From Candidatus Sulfomarinibacteraceae bacterium (GTDB lineage: Bacteria > Acidobacteriota > Thermoanaerobaculia > Thermoanaerobaculales > Sulfomarinibacteraceae), in contig CAWCLO010000003.1 in the NCBI GenBank assembly GCA_963796455.1, positions 288,001 to 352,000 on the forward strand: a DNA stretch of 64,000 nucleotides, written 5' to 3'. The notes beneath the pieces are model-generated. The model was not told where the DNA came from. It saw nothing but the letters and a program-made list of their open reading frames with translations, and made no database searches. How positions within the stretch are numbered: position 1 is the stretch's first letter; each line of letters begins with the position of its first letter. Both the position numbers and the translations under genes were made by a program. Of the stretch, positions 38,864 through 47,777 are shown one piece after another.

Positions 38864-39574
38864 ATGCACGGACCCGACCCGAACGACCAGATCGTGACGC
38901 CGCCGCCGGACACGCTCGATGTCCCGGACGTCATACCCATCTTTCCGCTGCCGCGAGTGGTGCTCCTCCAAGGTGAAGTTCTGCCACTCCATGTTTTTGA
39001 GCCGCGATATGTGGAGATGGTCCGCGACGCCATCGCGACCCACCGGGTGATCGGGATCGTGGAAGTCGTGCCCGGACACGAAGCTGATCTCCCCGGCTCA
39101 CCTCCGGTCAGAGATTACGGCTGTGTCGGTTTTATCGCCTCCTACGAAGAGCTGCCGGACGGTAGGTTTCTGATGTGGTTGATCGGGCTCGAGAGGTTTC
39201 AGATCGAAACGGAAATCGAAGCGGAGACCCTTTATCGTCAGGTACGGGTTCATTATCAACCTATAGTCGAATCACCCAAACGACTGGCCGGAATCAGGGC
39301 TCTGCGACAGGAGTTGCGAGAACTCCTGCCGGGACTGGTGGATCTGGAAGACTCCGCCCGCACCCAGTTCGAAAACCACATGGACGAGATCTCGGATTCT
39401 CAGCTCATTGCCCTGGCCACCCAGATCCTCGAGATATCGAGCGATCGGAAACAGGAACTCCTCGAGGCAGAGACTCTCAGCGACCGGTTCTTGATGGTCT
39501 ACGAAGACCTCTACCGCCACCTCGACCTCAACCCGGAGGGAGTTGACGAGGTGCAACCTGAGGAGTTGAACTGA
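38864..39574 (+). CDS. LON peptidase substrate-binding domain protein
   Basis: IPIFPLPRVVLLQGEVLPLHVFEPRYVEMV, LPDGRF..L.G.ERF. Confidence 0.9.
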   Translation: MHGPDPNDQIVTPPPDTLDVPDVIPIFPLPRVVLLQGEVLPLHVFEPRYVEMVRDAIATHRVIGIVEVVPGHEADLPGSPPVRDYGCVGFIASYEELPDGRFLMWLIGLERFQIETEIEAETLYRQVRVHYQPIVESPKRLAGIRALRQELRELLPGLVDLEDSARTQFENHMDEISDSQLIALATQILEISSDRKQELLEAETLSDRFLMVYEDLYRHLDLNPEGVDEVQPEELN

Positions 39575-39578
39575 GGGC

Positions 39579-39729
39579 ATTTCGGATTTCGGATTTCGGA
39601 TTTCGGATTTTTCGGGCGGGCAACTTGTCCCCTCACAGAGAACATATTCGTTTTTGGTGTCGGAACCGCTCTCACTATCGGGGGGAACCGAGACGTGACC
39701 GGCGTTCGATAGCGATCCCGATAGCGATT
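39579..39729. repeat. (ATTTCGG)4 and (CGATAG/CGATCC)n tandem repeats
   Basis: Direct reading 39579-39612 and 39707-39729. Confidence 0.8.
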
Positions 39730-39773
39730 GTTCTGAGGACCACGGTGGTATTCTCACTCCATGGAGGTAGGTC

Positions 39774-41498
39774 ATGAGTGAGGGCGAGGTCAACACAGCT
39801 GCCCGCGAAGATCTCGACCGTTGGCGTGCCGATGCGGCCGCCAACAACTATGCCGGAGACACCTTCGTGCGCCGCCTGCTCCACCGTCACGTCGGCTCGC
39901 GCTGGGCGGAAGTCGACAGTTTGATGCGCGCGGTGGCCGAGCTGTCCGGCCCGAATCTCGACGACCACGTGCGAGTGGCGGCTCTCGACGAGAATCTGCC
40001 GCGTCTGCAGGCGTTCGACGACCTTGGCCGAAGGACCGAAGAAATCGTCTTCCACCCCGCCCATCACGAGGCCGGCCGGATTTTCTGGTCGAGCGGCGTT
40101 CTGGCATCCCTGGCCGAACCCGGCAACGAAGTGGCTGCGGGCGGCGTCAGCTATCTGCTCGATCAAAACGGCGAGGCGGGTCACGCCTGCCCGGTGGCGT
40201 GTACCGCCGGGGCGATCAAGCTCCTGCAACGGGTCGGCACCGAGGAACAGAAGGATCGCTACCTCCACCGTTTGTTGAGCTCCAACTACGACCAGCGGCT
40301 GCACGCCTCCCAGTTCGTCACGGAGCTCCAGGGCGGCTCGGACGTGGGCGCCAACGCGTGCCGTGCGGCGCCGGACCCGGATCACACGGGGTGGTACCGG
40401 ATCACCGGTGAAAAATGGTTCTGCTCGGTGGCGGATGCCGGTCTTTTTGTGGTCAGTGCGCGGATTGACGGCGCGCCGTCGGGAACAACCGGGCTCGGTC
40501 TCTTTCTCGTACCGCGACACATCGACGGCAAGATCAACAACTTCCGATTGCGGCGCCTCAAAGACAAACTCGGGACCCGTTCCATGCCAACCGCCGAGAT
40601 CGAGTTCAATGGAGCCCGCGGCGAGTCCATCGGCCGACTCGATCACGGATTCAAGAACCTGGTGGGCATCGTCCTGGACACTTCGAGAGCCCACAACGCG
40701 GTTGCAGCCTGCGGCATCATGCGCCGCGCCCTGCGTGAGGGACAGGCTTTTGCCCGCAACCGGCGCGCGTTCAGCCAGATCATCGCCGAATACCCCTCCG
40801 CTCAGGAGATCATCGCCCGCATGAGACTCCGCACGATGGCCGCCCTGAGCACCACCTTTCGCATTCTTTCGCTCAGCGATCTCATTGATATGGGGGGCGC
40901 CTCGGCCGAGATGGTCCAGGCCCGCCGCATCTCGGTGATGATGAACAAATACTGGACCTCGACGGCCTGCACCGAGACCGTCCGAGATGCTATCGAGCTT
41001 CTCGGTGGCAACGGGACGATCGAGGACTTCTCGGTCCTACCGCGTCTCTACCGGGACGCCATCGTGATCGAAAGCTGGGAGGGAACGCACAACGCGTTGT
41101 GCGCCCAGATTCTGCGTGATTTCTCGACACGACGATTGCACCTGCCGTGGATCCAGCACATGAGGTCGGAGATCGCTCTCATCGACCACCTCGAGCTCGA
41201 GGAGGATGCCGACCGTGCCCGCCGGCTGCTCAGCGAGGCGGAGGACAGGATCTCGCGTCTGATCTCGGGAAAAGAACTGGCGGCCACCGCTCACATCCGG
41301 CACGTGGTGGATCATCTTTGCCGGCTCACCGACTGGGTGGCCCTTGCCGGACAGCTTCAGTGGGAGAAAACCTGGGGGGTGGAGTCCGACACCGCGGATG
41401 CTCTGGAACTCTACCGGTTGCTCGATCTCGACGGGGCCGACCCCCAGGACACGCCCGCCCTGGTCGAACTCAACCGCAAACTGAGCGAGTCGATCTAG
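39774..41498 (+). CDS. Acyl-CoA dehydrogenase family protein (AidB-like)
   Basis: GHACPVACT, QFVTELQGGSDVG, GEKWFCS, LKDKLGTRSMPTAEI, LGGNGTIED, WEGTHN. Confidence 0.92.
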   Translation: MSEGEVNTAAREDLDRWRADAAANNYAGDTFVRRLLHRHVGSRWAEVDSLMRAVAELSGPNLDDHVRVAALDENLPRLQAFDDLGRRTEEIVFHPAHHEAGRIFWSSGVLASLAEPGNEVAAGGVSYLLDQNGEAGHACPVACTAGAIKLLQRVGTEEQKDRYLHRLLSSNYDQRLHASQFVTELQGGSDVGANACRAAPDPDHTGWYRITGEKWFCSVADAGLFVVSARIDGAPSGTTGLGLFLVPRHIDGKINNFRLRRLKDKLGTRSMPTAEIEFNGARGESIGRLDHGFKNLVGIVLDTSRAHNAVAACGIMRRALREGQAFARNRRAFSQIIAEYPSAQEIIARMRLRTMAALSTTFRILSLSDLIDMGGASAEMVQARRISVMMNKYWTSTACTETVRDAIELLGGNGTIEDFSVLPRLYRDAIVIESWEGTHNALCAQILRDFSTRRLHLPWIQHMRSEIALIDHLELEEDADRARRLLSEAEDRISRLISGKELAATAHIRHVVDHLCRLTDWVALAGQLQWEKTWGVESDTADALELYRLLDLDGADPQDTPALVELNRKLSESI

Positions 41499-41654
41499 GC
41501 CGTACGCGCGCTGGATGCTGGATGCTGGAAGATCATCGATTGGCCCCGACCGATGTCAAGAATATTTCTGAAATCTTGATGATCTGCCGATCGCAGCGGT
41601 TGAGGAAAAAGTCCTGAAGGTGGGCCAAGGCCCACCTTCAGAGTCGTTTCCAAC

Positions 41655-42045
41655 ATCCTGGATCACTCGTGCCCAGGTGCGAGTTTCGGACAACGCTCAG
41701 GGACAGCGACGGGGAACGGCAGACAGCATCAGCAAACAGGAGTCAGCGGCAGCGTTCAGTGTTCAGGTTCAGCGGCCGGGACAGTGAACAGCACTCATTC
41801 CTTCGGGGCTCCGGCCTTGGTGGTGCGGCCGTCTCGGCCGCACGGTGTGCAGGCGAGACGCCTACACCACAACGGCTTTTCCTTATGTTGAAAGACCCCG
41901 AGGTGGCCACATCGTCGCCTGTACTCCTGATCGCTGCCGCTGCTCTCCGTCGCTGTTGTCTGTCGCTGCCGCCGACTCCTGTTCACAGGCGCTGTCCTCG
42001 GTCGCTGTCTGAGACACTGTCCCGGGCAAGAGTGATCCTGCATCC
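41655..42045. repeat. Gene-less derivative (minus orientation) with REP-like doublet, abutting element A
   Basis: GATCACTC left end, CAGCGA arm, REP-like doublet 41819-41871, degenerate half-IR TTGAAAGACCCCGAGGTGGCCAC, right end GAGACACTGTCCCGGGCAAGAGTGATCCTGCATC. Confidence 0.78.
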
Positions 42046-42190
42046 TGCATCACTCTTGTCCAAGACAGGTTCTCGGCTAGCGATCAGGGGCGGCGACAGC
42101 GATCAGCGTCAGGGACAGGGAACAGCAATCAGTGTTCAGCGTCAGCGAACAGGAGTCAGCGTCACGTTAGACTGGCATGGGGCCCTGAAA

Positions 42191-42544
42191 TCAAGACTTC
42201 GGGTTGAGCAATCTCCAAGTCATTGCACGCACCTGATCAAAGGCCTTCATCGCGTCACTGGCTCTGTTCGGGCTGATCGCCCCGGCGTGAGCGAGAAGCT
42301 GCAAGTGGCTGTCGACCTCTTTCGCCGAGGCGTAGGCGATTCTCCAGGGGTTCGACCGGTCTCTACCGACTCGGCCGTGCCCTTCTGCCAGATTCGCAGG
42401 GACCGAACTTGCCGAACGGATCACCTGATCGGCTATCGACTTCAGAGGAGCTGGAACCCTCATCACGAGCTTGATCGCGATTCCTGCGGCTTCGAGTGCT
42501 TTCGAGTGGGCAACGAGGTTGGTGTTCGTGGCGGCTTTGGACAT
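42191..42544 (-). CDS. Four helix bundle protein (TIGR02436/23S rRNA IVP-like), copy A
   Basis: DQVIRSASSVPANLAEGHGR, IAYASAKEVDSHL; GGAGGT SD before ATG 42544. Confidence 0.9.
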   Translation of the reverse strand: MSKAATNTNLVAHSKALEAAGIAIKLVMRVPAPLKSIADQVIRSASSVPANLAEGHGRVGRDRSNPWRIAYASAKEVDSHLQLLAHAGAISPNRASDAMKAFDQVRAMTWRLLNPKS

Positions 42545-42682
42545 GGTCACCTCCGGGTCGTTCATGCCCCTACCCACAAGCCGGTGTGGCGGCCGATGTC
42601 AAGGATGCCCTGCACCCTGCCTGTCCTTGACATCGGCCGCCCACCGGCTACCCCTTCCTTTGAACGACCCGGAGGTGGCCAT
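42543..42682 (-). promoter_or_regulatory. Conserved nested leader hairpin sequestering SD and ATG (copy A)
   Basis: Outer IR 42543-42564/42661-42682; inner GGCCGATGTCAAGGA/TCCTTGACATCGGCC. Confidence 0.7.
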
Positions 42683-42936
42683 TTCGCCACATGAACTCAA
42701 GACTGCTGCCGCTGCCCGCCGTCGCTGACCACTGACCGCTGTCCCTGTTCGCTGTTGCCTGTCGCTGCCAACTGTCGCTGCCGCTGTAATTCGGACGCGG
42801 ACGCGGACACGGGCAGCCGCGAACCGGATATGCCAACAACCAACCCGTAAACCACGTGTTGTCAGGTGGGTAACATCACGTGACAATCTGTTTTGGACAG
42901 CAGTGATCCTGCATCCTGCATCCAGCATCCAGCATC

Positions 42937-42965
42937 AAAAAACGCGGACCGAAGCCCGCGTTTTT
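42937..42965. terminator. Bidirectional-type intrinsic terminator
   Basis: AAAAAACGCGG...CCGCGTTTTT. Confidence 0.7.
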
Positions 42966-42989
42966 CGAGGATTGAGGTCGTTCGATAAA

Positions 42990-43184
42990 CTAAAAAACGC
43001 CGGCCTCGGAGGTCGGCGATGTTTCGTAGGGCGGCTCCGCCTCGGTGGTAAGACTCACGATGGCCAGACCAAATGCGAGGACCAGGGCCGCGGCAACGAT
43101 CGGAATCAGGAACTGGGTCCAACCGGACCCGCTGTCCGTCCCACTTCCCAAACCGCCGGTAGCTTCCGCTTCGATCTCGGTCAT
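42990..43184 (-). CDS. Small single-pass membrane protein (64 aa)
   Basis: AGGAGG upstream, one hydrophobic helix, followed by a terminator. Confidence 0.55.
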   Translation of the reverse strand: MTEIEAEATGGLGSGTDSGSGWTQFLIPIVAAALVLAFGLAIVSLTTEAEPPYETSPTSEAGVF

Positions 43185-43274
43185 TTCAGAGCCCCTTCCT
43201 CCTAAATATATGACGCCGCAGCCCCCTGAAAAGTTGCAGGCGGGCCGAAATTCGGCCCACCTGCGGCGAAAAAC

Positions 43275-43742
43275 CTATTTCGAAGCCATCTTGTACTCGG
43301 GGTGATTGGATTTCATGTGCTTGGCGATCCACTCGGCCTGCATATCCTTGGGGACATTCGAAAGGGTGGCATCGATCTTCATTTTGCCGCCCTGCCGCAG
43401 AACCACGTACTGGACTTCAGATCCCGGTTCGAGCTTTGAATAGACCTTTTTGAGCTCCGCCTTGTTGTCCTTCGAGTACTTGACGCCGTCCATGGCGAGC
43501 ATGACGTCGCCCTTTTCAAAACCGGCTTTCTGGGCCGGGCTTTTGGCGACGACCTTGGAAACCACCCAACGCCCTTTCTCGTCGGTGTCGTATTCGATCC
43601 CGAGCCAGGCCTTCTCTGCGTACTTGGTCTTCATATACTTGGCGCAGTCTTCGGCGTTGCCATCACACTTCTTCTTGTCTCCGGCAACCGCCGGCACGGC
43701 GAAGATCGACACCACCAACAGAATCGCGAGCAGCTTCTTCAT
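43275..43742 (-). CDS. Secreted PDZ domain protein
   Basis: Signal peptide MKKLLAILLVVSIFAVPAVA after GGAGG; WLGIEY, SPAQKAGFEKGDVMLAMDG. Confidence 0.88.
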   Translation of the reverse strand: MKKLLAILLVVSIFAVPAVAGDKKKCDGNAEDCAKYMKTKYAEKAWLGIEYDTDEKGRWVVSKVVAKSPAQKAGFEKGDVMLAMDGVKYSKDNKAELKKVYSKLEPGSEVQYVVLRQGGKMKIDATLSNVPKDMQAEWIAKHMKSNHPEYKMASK

Positions 43743-44019
43743 TCCCTGACCTCCCGGATTTGTGGATCGGCTACCGGCGGCTGCAAACAGCGGCGCGGCA
43801 TCCGATCCGGGTTGATGAGATCCGCAATCGTCGGTTCGATCGACGAACCGCGTCGTGGATGGGGTGGGTATCTGTTCGATCATGGCTACCAAGATGCTCC
43901 TGACAGATGTGAATGTCCTCACCTTTCCGTCAGAAGCTGTGAAAGGTGTTACCGAGTTGCAAAACCCCGCCACGAAAGCCCGTCCGTGCGCTATATTGCA
44001 GGCTGAGAGGAGTTCACGA

Positions 44020-45702
44020 GTGTCCTTCTTCGAGAATCACAACGGACCCGGCAACGGAGTTTCAAACTCCGAACTCAAGGCGGTCGAGCACAACGTGCTC
44101 GGCGGGCGCCGTGTGCTCTGGGCCGGAATTTTGGCGGTGCTGCTTCCCCTGACCATCCTGCTCGGGCTGCAATACCTGTGGCTCACCGATCTCGAACGCA
44201 ATTCGGCCATCGCCCGCAAGGCGACGCTCAACAACTTCCTCGAGGCCATCACCAAGGACATCCACTACTACTACTGGAAGATTTCCGAGCGCGCCCTCAA
44301 CCTGCCGCCCGAGATCTTTGTTGAAAAAAAGATCGACTACGCGGCATCGTATTTCAAGAAAAAGGAGATCAAGGGCGCCAAGCGCTTCTTCGTCGTGAGC
44401 TACACGACCCGGGACGAGATCCTCTTTTACAACCCGAAGAAACAAAAAATGGAAGTGCCGGACCACTCCGATGAAACGCTCGCGGTGTGGGCGGCGGCGG
44501 CGCCATGGCGATATATGCGAAAAAAGAGCGCCAAGCTCGAAACCACCACTTTGAGCGCCGACTTTCACGATCCCAACAACAGGATCATTCTCCTTCCGAT
44601 CACCGATGAGGACTCCAAGCTCGTGGGGTTGGCAGGATTCATCGTCGATCAGGAGTATTTCAAAAAGGTCGTGCTCCCCGAGGCCATCGAAAAATCTCTG
44701 CCCAAGTTCGAAGACGGCGAAAAGGTCAAGCTGCAGGTAATCGTTCGCGACAACCAGAGCCAGCAGGTCCTGCCCAGGGGCATCCCGACCAACCCGAAGA
44801 AAAACCTGACCAAACGTTCCTTTGCTTTTGTCTTCACCGATTGGACCATCAGCCTCCAGGGTGACTTTGCCTCGCCTGAAAAGTGGGCAAAAGCCAACTT
44901 CGCCTACAACATGACGCTCTCTGCAATTCTCGCTGCGGTGCTCCTCGGCGGCATCGCACTCACCGTCCGGACCGCGCTCCGCGAAATGAAGCTCTCAGCG
45001 ATGAAGAACGAGTTTGTTTCGAACGTGTCGCACGAGCTCCGGACTCCCTTGTCGTCCATCCGGGTCTTTGGCGAGTTCATGCGCCGCGGCCGGGTCGAGG
45101 ACCAGGCCAAGGTCCGGGAGTACGGTTCTTACATCGAAACCGAAAGCCGTCGCCTGACCCAGTTGATCAACAATATTCTCGATTTCTCGCGCATCGAATC
45201 AGGTCGCAAGGTCTACACCTTCGAAGCAACCGATATCGAGGAGATTCTGGCCGGCACGCTCGCGACCTATACCATCCGCCTTCGGGACAAGGGCTTCGAG
45301 GTCGAATACACCGGTCCCGACGAGCCGCTGCCCGAGATCTCGGTCGACGGGAACGCCATCGACCGCGCGGTCGCCAATCTACTCGACAACGCTGTGAAAT
45401 ACTCCAACGGCGACCGCTGGATCGGTGTCGAGCTCGCTTCAAGCGGCGACGAGGTGCTGATTTCGGTCGCCGACCATGGAATCGGTATTCCTCGAGACGA
45501 GACCGAGAGAATCTTCGAACGCTTCCACCGCGTCAGCACCGGTCTCGTCCACGACGTCAAGGGGTCGGGGCTCGGTCTTTCGCTGGTCCGGCACATCGCC
45601 GAATCCCACGGCGGATCGGTGACCGTCGACAGCGTTGTGGGCGAGGGAAGCACGTTTACCATCCACCTGCCGATTGAAGGCGCGACTGGAGAGGGCGCAT
45701 GA
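44020..45702 (+). CDS. Sensor histidine kinase
   Basis: Two TMs; [14 protein letters not shown]-box; [25 protein letters not shown] start after GAGGAG. Confidence 0.94.
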   Translation: MSFFENHNGPGNGVSNSELKAVEHNVLGGRRVLWAGILAVLLPLTILLGLQYLWLTDLERNSAIARKATLNNFLEAITKDIHYYYWKISERALNLPPEIFVEKKIDYAASYFKKKEIKGAKRFFVVSYTTRDEILFYNPKKQKMEVPDHSDETLAVWAAAAPWRYMRKKSAKLETTTLSADFHDPNNRIILLPITDEDSKLVGLAGFIVDQEYFKKVVLPEAIEKSLPKFEDGEKVKLQVIVRDNQSQQVLPRGIPTNPKKNLTKRSFAFVFTDWTISLQGDFASPEKWAKANFAYNMTLSAILAAVLLGGIALTVRTALREMKLSAMKNEFVSNVSHELRTPLSSIRVFGEFMRRGRVEDQAKVREYGSYIETESRRLTQLINNILDFSRIESGRKVYTFEATDIEEILAGTLATYTIRLRDKGFEVEYTGPDEPLPEISVDGNAIDRAVANLLDNAVKYSNGDRWIGVELASSGDEVLISVADHGIGIPRDETERIFERFHRVSTGLVHDVKGSGLGLSLVRHIAESHGGSVTVDSVVGEGSTFTIHLPIEGATGEGA

Positions 45703-46382
45703 GCAAGGTCCTGGTTGTCGAAGACGACGAGGCGATGGCAGTCGCCCTCCGCGACGGCTTCACCTATGAAGGTCACGATGTGACCCTGGCGCGTGATGGC
45801 GAGGAGGGGCTGCGGCTCGCGCGTGAGGACGGGCCGGAGATCATGATCCTCGATGTCATGCTGCCGAAAATGACCGGTCTCGAAGTCTGCAAGCTCCTCC
45901 GCGGCGAAGGTTCGAACCTACCGATCATCATGCTCACCGCGCGCGGCCAGGAAATCGACAAGGTCCTGGGGCTCAAACTCGGGGCGGACGATTATGTGAC
46001 CAAGCCTTTCAGCTTCATGGAACTGATGGCCCGGGTCGAAGCCGTGTTGCGGCGCAGCAAACCCGGCGGTGGATGCCAATCCGCAATCCACGAGTTCGGC
46101 GACCTCACCGTCAACCTCGAGTGTCACGAGGCCAGCAAGGCCGGTGAAGCCATCGCTCTCACACCCCGCGAGTTCCGGCTCCTCGGGTTCTTCCTCGCTC
46201 ACCCCGGCGAGGTCGTGTCCCGCGAAGAGTTGTTGGATGCGGTGTGGGGATACGACACCATCCCATTCACCCGCACAGTCGACACTCACATCGCCAAGCT
46301 GCGCAAAAAAATCGAGGATGACCCGTCGGATCCGCAGCACATCATCACCGTGCATCGCCTGGGATATAAGTTCGTAGGCTGA
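45699..46382 (+). CDS. OmpR-family response regulator
   Basis: [39 protein letters not shown]. Confidence 0.95.
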   Translation: MSKVLVVEDDEAMAVALRDGFTYEGHDVTLARDGEEGLRLAREDGPEIMILDVMLPKMTGLEVCKLLRGEGSNLPIIMLTARGQEIDKVLGLKLGADDYVTKPFSFMELMARVEAVLRRSKPGGGCQSAIHEFGDLTVNLECHEASKAGEAIALTPREFRLLGFFLAHPGEVVSREELLDAVWGYDTIPFTRTVDTHIAKLRKKIEDDPSDPQHIITVHRLGYKFVG

Positions 46383-46539
46383 CCGGAAACCGCGTCCGCG
46401 TCCGCGTCCGTGCCCGAATTGCAGCGGCAGCGACAGTGTCCAGCGTCAGCGACAGGCAACAGCGTCAGGGATCAGCGGTCGGCGATCAAGGGCTGCGTTC
46501 AGTTTCCAGCGGCAGCGGTCAGGAGTACAGGCGGCGCAG

Positions 46540-46677
46540 TGGTCACCTCCGGGTCGTTCGACAGAAGGGGTAGCCGGTGGGCGGCCGATGTCAAGGACAG
46601 GCAGGGTGCAGGGCATCCTTGACATCGGCCACCACACCGGCTTTTGGGAATGGGCATGAACGACCCGGAGGTGACCA
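46540..46677 (+). promoter_or_regulatory. Conserved nested leader hairpin (copy B)
   Basis: Perfect 20-bp IR 46540-46559/46658-46677; 15-bp stem 46583-46597/46616-46630. Confidence 0.7.
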
Positions 46678-47030
46678 TGTCCTCAGCCGCCACGAACACC
46701 GACCTCGTTGCCCACTCCAAAGCCCTCGAAGCAGCAGGCATCGCGATCAAGCTCGTGATGAGGGTTCCAGCTCCACTGAAGTCCATAGCCGATCAGGTAA
46801 TCCGGTCGGCAAGTTCGGTCCCTGCGAATCTGGCAGAAGGGCACGGCCGAGTTGGTAGAGACCGGTTGAACCACTGGAGAATCGCCTACGCCTCGGCGAA
46901 AGAGGTCGACAGCCACTTGAAGCTCCTCGTCCACGCTGGGGCGGTCAACCGGAATGGAGCCGGTGAAGCGATGAAGGCCTTCGATCAGGTCCGTGCCATG
47001 ACCTGGCGGCTCTTGAATCCGAAGAATTGA
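46677..47030 (+). CDS. Four helix bundle protein, copy B
   Basis: 13 differences in 117 aa vs copy A; same motifs; GGAGGT SD. Confidence 0.9.
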   Translation: MSSAATNTDLVAHSKALEAAGIAIKLVMRVPAPLKSIADQVIRSASSVPANLAEGHGRVGRDRLNHWRIAYASAKEVDSHLKLLVHAGAVNRNGAGEAMKAFDQVRAMTWRLLNPKN

Positions 47031-47261
47031 GCGCTGTTCGCTGTCGCAGACTTCTGTTAGCTGACCCTGTCCGCTGTAGCTGTCACTGTCGCTGCCGCTG
47101 CCGCTGGACGCTGTCTGAGACCCTGTCTTGACCTCGAGCGACCGAAGACGGAGAAACCGCAGATCACGCAGATGAACGCAGAGAGTAGGGCAGGAACGTC
47201 GAGCGCCGTCTATTGAAGCTGGAGGGTCTCGAGCGTTTCGCGGAGCACGGGGCTCCGGCCA

Positions 47262-47316
47262 TTGTGGTGCGGCCGTCCCGGCCGCACGGTGTGCAGGCGA
47301 GACGCCTGCACCACAA
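47262..47316. repeat. REP-like palindrome doublet
   Basis: TTGTGGTGCGGCCGTCCCGGCCGCAC-GGT-GTGCAGGCGAGACGCCTGCACCACAA; same as 7139, 32082, 41819. Confidence 0.82.
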
Positions 47317-47516
47317 ACGCGATGTCCTCCCGAGCGGAGCCGCACAAGGGGCCGCGCAGTTGCACCCACTGGACGGGACGTCTTGAGTCTGAATACTTTG
47401 CTTGAGTGGGTGGGGTTCGATTCCCGGCTTCCGGCTTCGTCTCCGACTACGCCGTGACAGGTCGCATCCGGCTACGCCGCGGCATTTTTTCATTCGGCTA
47501 TTGCCGAACAAAAAAA

Positions 47517-47594
47517 TGGTGACCCCAACGGGATTTGAACCCGTGTTGCCGGCGTGAAAGGCCGGTGTCCTAGACCTAGCTAGACGATGGGGTC
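47517..47594 (-). tRNA. tRNA-Glu (UUC)
   Basis: Cloverleaf: acceptor GACCCCA/TGGGGTC, anticodon stem CCGGC-CTTTCAC-GCCGG, T-arm ACGGG-TTCAAAT-CCCGT, encoded CCA. Confidence 0.97.
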
Positions 47595-47777
47595 ACTTTC
47601 GCAACCATGTGAACGGCTGTTCTGGCCGTCCGGGCGGGTATCCTACCGCAAAACTGCGCGTGGGAAAAGCCCATGTCCAAATTCGCTCTCGCAATCGGGA
47701 TCGTCATCCGGCCCCGTTGACTGTCCGAGGTCATTCGATAGCGATACCGATTGCGAGAGCGATAGCGATGCGGCTGT

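Larger units (their letters stand above)
42046..42936 (-). mobile_element. Putative four-helix-bundle repeat element, copy A
   Basis: Repeat arms, nested hairpin and four-helix-bundle gene shared with copies B and C; mobility is inferred from multiple copies. Confidence 0.55.
46391..47130 (+). mobile_element. Putative four-helix-bundle repeat element, copy B
   Basis: (GTCCGC)n-CGAATTGCAGCGGCAGCGACAG left end, hairpin, gene, inverted CGCTGT arm ending GAGACCCTGTCTTG. Confidence 0.55.

Noticed and set aside
41614..41641. Perfect palindrome CTGAAGGTGGGCC-AA-GGCCCACCTTCAG as a terminator or operator
   Set aside because: No adjacent U-tract on the + strand and single copy here; probably another REP-like unit, not assignable.
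42191..42544. 23S rRNA intervening sequence context
   Set aside because: The protein family name suggests it, but no rRNA sequence flanks any copy.
41669..42694. 341-aa ORF and other ORFs across repeat regions (4813-5397, 38350-39033, 46683-47369)
   Set aside because: Translations of low-complexity repeats or antisense to real genes.
46616..46650. TTGACA in the inner hairpin as a sigma70 -35 box
   Set aside because: No TANNNT at 16-18 nt spacing in any of the three copies.
47395..47430. T-loop-like GGGTTCGATTCCC near tRNA-Glu as a second tRNA or att site
   Set aside because: No cloverleaf can be built, it is on the opposite strand and does not duplicate the tRNA 3' end; no integrase nearby.
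4594..47770. CRISPR array
   Set aside because: Repeats are short tandem or palindromic units without regular unique spacers; no cas genes.
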